Shown here piece by piece: positions 54,963 to 64,000 of a stretch of DNA of 64,000 bases. Within the stretch, counting starts at the first letter, position 1, and each line of letters starts with the position of its first letter. Both the position numbers and the translations under genes were made by a program. The stretch is taken from the NCBI RefSeq assembly GCF_006345805.1, contig NC_043021.1, positions 124,001-188,000 on the forward strand, written 5' to 3'. Source of the DNA: Octopus sinensis. Lineage: Eukaryota. Below the pieces are notes generated by a model, which was not told the origin of the DNA, did no database searches, and saw only the letters and a list, made by a program, of their open reading frames with translations.

Positions 54963-56359
54963 TAGTCATCCCGGTTTTCAAACAGGGAAACAGATCCCTC
55001 GCAGTCAACTATCGCCCAATCTCACTCACCTCCCACATCATTAAAGTGTTTGAAAGAGTGTTAAGATCAAGGATAGCTGACTTCCTGGAGACCCACAAAC
55101 TCCTAAATGCAAATCAGCATGGCTTTCGCTGTGGCAGGGACTGTCTAACACAGCTCTTACACCACATTGAAGATGTACTCAAAGCCTTGGGAACAGGTTC
55201 GAACTCTGATGTCATATATCTTGACTTCAGTAAAGCGTTCGACCATAATATCCTACTCTCAAAATTGGCAAATGTTGGAATCCGTGGAAAAGTTCTACAC
55301 TGGATTAAGTATTTCCTGGCGAATAGAACACAACATGTTGTAGTTGATGGCGCCCACTCAAGCCCAGCAAAAGTCACCAGCGTTGTCCCCCAGGGGACTG
55401 TCTTGGGTCCGCTACTCTTCATAATTTACATAAACGACCTTTCCAGTGTCGTACATCACTGCAAAGTGAAAATATTTGCTGATGACACTAAGCTCCAGCC
55501 AATCGTCAATGAAGAAGAAGACCGAACTCAACTCCAGTCTGATCTATATGCTGTGAGTCAATGGGCAGACAGAAACAAAATGCAACTGAACGAGGGAAAA
55601 TTTGAGCTGATGCATTTTGGAAGAAATTCCTCACTAAAACAACCATACTCTCTTCCTTCAGGGGAACCGCTCACAGCTTCTAACAATATCAGAGACCTGG
55701 GTGTAATTGTTGATGACGATCTCAGTTGGAGTGCACACATCAACAAGAAGGTCGATATAGCTCGTAGGATGAGTTCCTGGATCTTAAGAACTTTCCGGTC
55801 CAGAGAACAAGGTGTCATCATACCACTTTTCTCCTCCTTTGTACGGCCACACCTCGAATACTGCTGCCCACTGTGGTCTCCCCATACAAGACAAAACATC
55901 TCGAGGATTGAATCACCCCAGAGGGCACTCACTAAACGAATTGAAGGCATGGCTGCTCTCGATTATTGGAATCGCCTTAAAGCCTTGAAACTCTACTCTC
56001 TCCAGCGTCGCCGCGAGTGGTACATCATTTGTACGATGTGGAGAATATACCGCCAACTTTGCCCAAACGACCTAAACATTAGCTTCAAGGTTCATCCAAG
56101 ACTGGGACCACGGGCCATACGTCCCCTGCCCAATTCAAGATCACAGCATACATGTACACTGCAACATAATTTCTTTTCCTCAACAGGCCCTGCCCTGTTT
56201 AACATTGTCCCGAAAGAGATCAAAGAGGAAAAGGATCCCATCAACTTTAAACGGAGTCTGGATAGATTCCTTCAAAGAATACCAGATAAGCCACCCATAA
56301 TTGAATACAACTCACCCAACAAAAACTCACTACTTCAATGGACCATAAACAAAACTTGA
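54963..56359 (+). CDS. LINE reverse transcriptase (ORF2 C-terminal part, stop-free but 5'-truncated)
   Basis: NYRPISLTS, QHGFR, YLDFSKAFD, PQGTVLGPLLF, FADD, DLGV, RPHLEYC. The ORF-track Met comes from the flanking microsatellite. Confidence 0.9.
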
Positions 56360-56460
56360 CTTAAACAGGATTCAAATAATCCTATCAGGTGGTGCTATTA
56401 AGTTAGACATGGCCTGGACCAATCTTTGGTTGAAACATATCTAAGTTTATCTAAGTTTAT
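54963..56460 (+). mobile_element. CR1-like LINE, 5'-truncated
   Basis: RT ORF, short 3'UTR and a tandem tail (atctaagttt)2. Confidence 0.92.
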
Positions 56461-57842
56461 ATGTATACATACATACACATACACATAATTTGTTAGAGCG
56501 GAAGTGGTGTCGGAGTGAAAGAGAGGCAATGAGCGTGCGAGGGAGCAAGAGGGGATGTGAGGGTTCGAGAAGGAGAGAAAGAAGTGAGTGAGATTGCAGA
56601 TAGCCAGTCGATGCATTTCGCTGTCAACCAAGTGTTGTTGGGTGGAAGTTACAGGTGAAGAGAACGAGAATGAGAGAAACGTGAACGACGTGAAGATGGG
56701 AATGACATGGTGAAAGGGTTTGTTGAAGAGTGAGAGAGAGAGAAAGAGAGAGAAAGAGAAAGAGAGGAGTGTTAGCAGAGAGAAATTTTAAAATCGTATT
56801 ATATGTTATTGTGAGTGGAAGTGAATTAATTTAGCAAAAATAGATGTGTATGACAACATTTTTTTCCCATTTTCAATGGAATTGAAACTAATCGCCTCAA
56901 TATAAACATTATGTATATTCTCCAAACCACTTTCAGCACATTACTCATATACAATGGAAAATAATTATGATAGAATATTGCGTAATAAGGAATATGTAAT
57001 TATATGTTTATCTTCCGGTTTCCATAGAATGATATGTATATCAAGTAATGCAGAGACTGTTATTGTATAGTTTTGTATCATTTCTTCCACAAGCAACAAA
57101 ATGCAATGAAAATGCAAACCCTGCTTTCTTCTTAAACAGTTCCTCCTAATTGATTTCGTTCCGTGGAATTTGCACGGGCTCCGCTAGTATATCTGTGTGT
57201 GTATGTGTGAGTGTGCGTGTGTCTATCTGTATGTGTCTGCATGGAGGTATGTATGCATATATGTGTGTGTGTGTGTTTGGAGGTAATTATGCATAGATAT
57301 GTATATATATATTTATATATATGCGTGTGTGCGTGTATGTATGTATGTATGTATGTATGTATGTATGTATGTATGTATGTGCGTTTAGGTCACAGGATGT
57401 GTGACGAAAGATTTCCAGACAATGGACATAAAATATAAACAATAAAAAATCTGAAATGAAGAGCAAATGTATAACGCATGTGTTTATTTGACAAAGCAAA
57501 ATGACCATCCCGTAATATAAAATAATATAATATTATATTATATTATATATATATATATATGCATACGTACATGCATATCATTATATATATATGTGTGTGT
57601 GCATGTGTGTGTGTGCGTGTAAACTGAAAATAATGAGCACTGATATATCGTCCTGTTGCCTCATAAATTGATCTAATTAAATCCCATCGATGTTCCAGTA
57701 GATCAGTGGAAATCTCGCAGTCACGCAATTGGTCAGTCCTTCGATCTCCTCGGTCGGAGGGTTTTATCGGGTTGTCCTGGCGTTGGCGAAGGCAAGGATC
57801 GTTTTCATTTCTTTATGAATCTAGCATTTGTATTTCATATCT

Positions 57843-58060
57843 TTTATCTTTTACTTGTTTCGGTCATTTGATTGTGGCCATGCTAGAGCACCGCCTTGAA
57901 CAACATTAATCGAACGAATAGACCACGGTACTTATTTTATTGTAAGCGTAGTACTTATTCTGTCAGTCACATTTGCCGCACCGCTACGTACGGGAATGCA
58001 AACAAACCAACACCAGTTATCAAGCGGTGGTGGAGGGCAAACACAGATACAAAGACACAC
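57843..58060 (-). mobile_element. SINE family B 3' part
   Basis: ttttacttgtttc..ggccatgctagagcaccgcc. Confidence 0.75.
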
Positions 58061-58075
58061 AACATAGATAGTTAG

Positions 58076-58106
<31 letters not shown>

Positions 58107-58110
58107 TAGT

Positions 58111-58176
<66 letters not shown>

Positions 58177-58199
58177 TATAGACAACAGACAGACGGACG

Positions 58200-58282
<83 letters not shown>

Positions 58283-58283
<1 letters not shown>

Positions 58284-59517
58284 TGTTTCTTTATTAGCCA
58301 CACAGGGCTGCACACAGATAGAACAAATTACAAGGTAGAGCTTTTCTTTTGAAGGTTAAACAAAAAAAAAAAAAAAAAAAAAGGAAGGGGGAGTTTTCGA
58401 TCAAAAGGGATCGTAAAAGGAGAGAAAGAGGACAAAAAAAAGGGGGGGTTAAAAAAAAAAAAAAAAAAGGGGGAGAGGAAAAAAAAATTGATCAATAGGG
58501 ATCGTTATCACAGAAATGTCAATATGAAGTGTAAAGGGGAGGACAGGTGAGGTTTACCCGTGGAAAGAAAAGCCTACGAAAGACCACGGTAACCTCGGTC
58601 AATGAAGTCACATTTTATATTTCTTTTTTTTTTTTTTTTTTGCAAATAAGCAACTCTCTGTTTTCGATTTCTGGGTTCATAGGACTATGCTCAAGGTGGC
58701 TTCGTCATTCATACGTGCCATTCTTGCTACATTCACCCATCTTTTTTAAAACATTCGCTAGACAAAACTTGCCTCTCTACTCTCACTTTCCTTTTCAAGT
58801 GGTACTTGAAGAAGTTGATGAGAGATTGACCAGAGAGGAAAGTGTTTGTCTCCAATCCTTTCAGACGCGTCCACCAGATACATTCTTTCGCCTAGCCACA
58901 AGGATGATGAAAATAGCTCTTCCTTCCCGTTTGAAGGAAGGAGGCGTGACAATATTGACGATAGACTCAGCTGATAAACCGACTCGTCCCACACGTGACA
59001 GCAGTTGTTCGACATAAGCCCACAGGTCGGAAATTGTTGGACACTGAACGAGTGCGTGCAGAACGGTTTCGTCGCTCTGACCGCATCTCGGGCAGGTCGG
59101 CCCCGTGTTTCTCGAGCCGTGTCTGTAGAGCTTATCCGAAACGGTAGCGCTTCTCGGTAGCACTGCCAGGCCAGGGATCTCTGGAAGTTGTCCATGGGCC
59201 CTGGCCCGAAAGTCGTCCGAACAGGCGGGTCAGGTACTCCGTCGACGTCCAGGTTCGCCCCGAGCTCGTCGTCGTACCTCCCCTCCACTAAACCCCTATA
59301 GAATGCTTTGGTTGTGTTGAAGTCACTTAAGGTCGACCAGACGGCAGAGTTGCTTGAGAGCAACGCGACACTCGCGGTGCCATTCGCCCTTCCTCGGCCT
59401 CTTTTTGATCCACGACTGCAGTTCGGTCATGGAGACGAGCTGCGGGAAAGCGTGCCTCACAAACGGCGACCACACCTGTTCACCGTCGTCTACATAGAGC
59501 CAGAGATGTCGCAGTCT
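58283..59517 (-). mobile_element. Tx1/L1-type LINE 3' fragment inserted in (GATA)n
   Basis: C-terminal CCHC region RSLAWQCYREALP..CPRCGQSDETVLHALVQC..W..R..RW, frameshifted. U-rich 3'UTR ending aataaagaaac+(atct)n. GATA repeats on both sides. Confidence 0.85.
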
Positions 59518-59699
59518 CAGATAGATAGATAGATAGATAGATATTCTATTTTTTTAATAATTAGAAATATTTCACTCAGGAGGGAACCGGTTTCCAACAA
59601 AGATACAAGGCCCCATTTTTGGGATGTAGCTAACACAGGCAAATTTGGAACTTGAGAAAAGTCTTGCATATTTTTACTGTTCCATTCACAGATTGCACT

Positions 59700-60730
59700 G
59701 TGGAGGTAGTTGAATGCAGATCAGTGATCAGGTTCTTATACTTGAAAGGGTTTAAACCAAAACAGACTTTTGATGGGATGAAAAAAGTTTATGGTGACGA
59801 TGTACCATCATATGATGTAGCCAAGCACTGGCATCGCCATTTTAAACGTGGTCGGACATCAGTGGAAACTGCTTCTATTCCTGGACGATCACATTCCGCC
59901 ATTGATGACGACACCATCCAAAAAGTGGAAGCCGCCATTTGGGTGGATCGACAACTAGCCCAAGAAGTGAAGATAAAGGTATGGCCCATGGAAAAAACCA
60001 TTCATGACCATTTGCACATGAGGAAGTTGTCTGCACGATAGACTCCCCTTTTTCTCACAACTTTTCAAAAGCAGGAACGGATTAACTGCTACCAGGCTCA
60101 TTTGACAATGTACCAAGAAAACGAAGAGGACTTTTTCAGCAGACTTATCACACAAGGTGGAACATGGGTCCATCACTATGATCCTGAGACTAAAGTCCAG
60201 TCGAAGCAATGGGAGCATGATAACTTACATCCTCCAAAGAAGGCTCGTGTCCAACCCTTTGCAGGCAAAGTGATGCTCACAGTCTTTTGGGACTAGCGCG
60301 AACTAGTGATGATGGATTTTCTGGCAAAGGACACCACAATTAACGGGGCATATTATGCTTCTCTGCTGCAGAAATTGCGGGACATCTTTAAAGCAGAGAG
60401 GTGCGACATGCTGACAAAAATAGTCCGCCTCCTCCAAGGCAACGTTCCAGTTCACGATGCGCAGATGAAAGCATACTCCTGCGGCTAGGAAATCCTTCTT
60501 CATTCCCCTTACTCTCCTAACCTCGCACCATCTGACTTCCACCTCTTTCCAACCATGAAGTCTTTTTTGAAGGGGAAGCACTTTTCGGATAAATGATGAA
60601 CTTATTTCTGAGGTAAAGTCTTGACTCCAGACGCAACCTACCGACCTCTACAGATAAGGTCTTCTCAGCTGCATAAAGCGATGAGAGAAGTGTGTCACCA
60701 TTGGTGGTGGCCATCTAGAGAAGGACTAAT
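59700..60730 (+). pseudogene. Mariner (DD34D-type) transposase pseudogene
   Basis: CRSVIRFLYLKG..KLSAR*TP..ITQGGTWVHHYDPE..GKVMLTVFWD..HSPYSPNLAPSDFHLF, with stops. Candidate 3' TIR at ~60770-60801. Confidence 0.93.
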
Positions 60731-61156
60731 CATTATGCCAAGCTTCATTTGTTCCAGTCCCGGCAAGTGGGTCAAGAGAAATCTTTAATGAACAAGCCTC
60801 GAATGTATGTATATACGACCTTCGGGCAGTGGATTTCTATAAGGTTCTCAATACAAGACGGAGCGTTTCTTGTGCCATATGAAAGGGTGGCAGCTGTTAT
60901 ATATCGTTTGAGTCAGTGAAATATAGAAGAGGTTATATTATAAACACCCGGAGATATTTGCTCCATTCTATCAATAACAATTTCTAGACGCTTAAATCAC
61001 AGACACCATGCATACGTTTAAGATTGGCTATAAATATGTGTGTGTGCGTGTGTGTGTGCGTGTATGTGAGTGCGTGTGCGTGTGCGTACGTACATATAGA
61101 CACACAGTGAGAAACATATATACTTACTAAATTCTATACATTTTGTACCTATATGT

Positions 61157-61555
61157 AGGCGTAGGAGTGGCTGTGTGATAAGTAGCTTACATACCAACCA
61201 CATTGTTTCGGGTTCAGTCCCACTGCGTGGCATCTTCGGCAAGTATCTTCTACTATAGCCTCTGGCCGACCGAAGCTTTGTGAGTGGATTTGGTAGACGG
61301 AAACTGAAAGAAGCCTGTCGTATATATGTATATATGTATTTGTGCGTGTGTATGTTTGTGTGTATGTGTTTGTCCCCCTCGCATTGCTTGACAACCGATG
61401 CTAGTGCGTTTATGTCCCCGCCACTAAGCGGTTCGGCAAAAAGACACCGATAGAATAAGTACTGGGCTTACAAAGACTAAGTCCGGGGTCGAATTGCTCG
61501 ACTAAAGGCGGTGCTCCAGCATGGCCGCAGTTAAATGACTGAAACAAGTAAAAGA
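61157..61555 (+). mobile_element. tRNA-derived SINE family B (CORE-like), full length
   Basis: A box tggctgtgtgataag, B box ggttcagtccc, cttcggcaagt core-like block, internal (TG)n and an aagtaaaaga tail. Confidence 0.88.
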
Positions 61556-61638
61556 GAAAAAAGAGAAAGAAAAAGAGAAAGAAAAAGAGAAAGAAAAAGA
61601 GAAAGAAAAAGAGAAAGAAAAAGAGAAAGAAAAAGAGA
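61555..61638 (+). repeat. 12-bp tandem repeat (GAAAAAGAGAAA)n expanded from the SINE tail
   Basis: Read directly, about 7 units. Confidence 0.9.
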
Positions 61639-61768
61639 TACATCGTTCTGTGTATGTGCGTGTTTGTGTGTTCCTGTGTATATTTTAATGACATAATGTA
61701 TGCGTTCTTCTATATAGGTATTAACGTAGATATATATATATAAATATACATAAATACATATATATATA

Positions 61769-61812
<44 letters not shown>

Positions 61813-62084
61813 TATATACATACACACACACTCACACACACACACACTCACACACACACACATACACATGTGTGCATGCCTATCTGCATTGGTTTTCTTT
61901 TTGTCTAACTTGATAATGTTTGTATTCAAAATCTAGCATCTTCGTCCAACTTTTACGGTTTATTTGTAAATATGATTGAATAGGTGCGTGCATATATGTA
62001 TATGTAAGGCTATGAGTGGGGATTATGTGTGTGTGTGTGTGTGTGTGTAGGTGTTTACGCATACATGAATGTATAACTACATAC

Positions 62085-62340
<256 letters not shown>

Positions 62341-63164
62341 GTATACCTATATATATTCATATAGACCTATATATATATATCTATATAGGTGCAGGCATTG
62401 GTGCTTTCCTGCCGTTCCCTTTCTTTGTTCATTGTTCGTTCGTTCAGCTGTAATGGCGTGTATAGAACTTCAGATTCCAAGTTAATTAACTTAACCCATT
62501 GCCTCTGGCATTTCGACCCAGATCCATTGGATTCCTTATACCAAAAAAATACACCTTCCTCTCTCCCCGTCCACCTAATCTTCGAATCACCTTACAATCT
62601 TTAAGCATCTCTCTACTCCACATCGACATCGACCCCACCCCAAAACACTCATTCGAAGAATTTTTATTTTAATTCTTTTCATTACCTGTTGAAGTGCCAC
62701 TTCTGCTATCACCACCGCCGCCGCCGCTGCCGCCGTCACCACCACCACCACCATCATCATCATCACCATTATCATCATCAACGTTATTTTCATTATCAAT
62801 ATTGTCGTGGACATCATTACTATCCTCCCCACTAGCACCATCCCCTTCATCTCTGCTACCACCACAACCGACAATAATACTAACTCCAATGACTACACAC
62901 TTACAAACACACACATTCACACACATACACACATGCACGCACACCCATACACACTTACACACACATGCGCACATACACATACACACACACATACACACAT
63001 ACACACACACACATGCACACACACACTTACGCACACATACACACGCACTTGCACACACACACTTACACACACTCTTATACACACACTACACACACATATG
63101 CACACGCATATACACACACATACACACACATGCACCTACACACACACATACTTCTCACACAACG

Positions 63165-63885
63165 TAAATTCACCATTTTTAACCGAAGCCACTACTTCCT
63201 TCCAGCGACTTCATAATATTGTATATTCCGTATATACTGCTTGGTGCATTGTATAGAATATAGTATATATCAAATATAATTAGTATAATTAGTATAATTG
63301 GTATATTATATTCCAGAACAATCTGTCACCACCCACTTCAACACAATGTGTCATTCCATCAGCGATTTATTAATGTCTAGCATCTCTACATATCCTGGAC
63401 TCAAATACATTTGGAAACACAAGGAATAACGTTTCATATTCGCACTCGGAACTATGACACAGACACGTTTATATAAACGCGCCCCCCCCCCACACACACC
63501 CTAACACTGAATTCAGTGATTCCATTTTTATCCACCAGCAGTCATCTATCACACCTTAATTTTTCCTTTCACCTTACTCTCACCTGCTTCACTTCCTCTA
63601 TTCATTTCTCTATCATTTTCTCTCTATACCTCTTGCTCTCTCATACACATACACACACATATCCTCTTTCTCTCTCCTACTACTTTCTCTCTATATATGC
63701 AAACTTATGCTGTCTTGCGTTCCCCATCAGTTGCAGTCAATTTCTTAAACATAAAAGTTGTAAAGCTCTGCTTCCTTTTGATTCGACTTTTCTGTCATCT
63801 TTACCTTGAAGAAGGACTTTGTCCGAAACGTTAGATACTCCACTCCCAGCTACAGTTTTACTGGATACTTTCTGTCGCTTTTTCC
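63165..63885 (+). mobile_element. Old Penelope-like 3' fragment with hammerhead-like motif (63798-63836)
   Basis: PEQSVTTHFNTMCHSISDL..KE*RFIFALGT, then uUGAAGA aGGACuuuGUCC GAAA CGU U agau. Confidence 0.7.
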
Positions 63886-64000
63886 ATATAATATATAGTA
63901 TATCTATTTCTTAATCTTGTTGATAAACCCCAGTTAATCTATATCTCACAGTCTGGTAATCAGCAGCATTCTACTCGTGACAATTTTTTTTCTATCTTCC

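Overview
This is AT-rich, microsatellite-saturated animal DNA. The SINE families, recalled rather than searched, look like Octopus (coleoid cephalopod). The window appears to be almost entirely intronic. Two short minus-strand exons missing from the ORF track (14907-14965 and 1548-1609) splice in phase to give YVFVIVSYLIGVFIFATIVG|QVGNVITNRNASRQEFEKLL, the S6 helix and start of the C-linker of a cyclic nucleotide-gated (CNG/Cngl-type) channel. The introns carry many transposons: Penelope-like elements (PLEs) with GIY-YIG or RT remnants and hammerhead-ribozyme motifs, including a ~2.9-kb near-perfect palindrome; Dong/R4-type RLE LINE fragments in (TAA)n; a Tx1/L1-type LINE in (GATA)n; a 5'-truncated CR1-type RT; an RTE remnant; a decayed mariner; two TA-flanked MITEs; and several tRNA-derived SINE families. 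Most ORF-track entries are microsatellite artefacts. There is a 100-N gap at 27344-27443. All calls come from manual reading; no searches were run.
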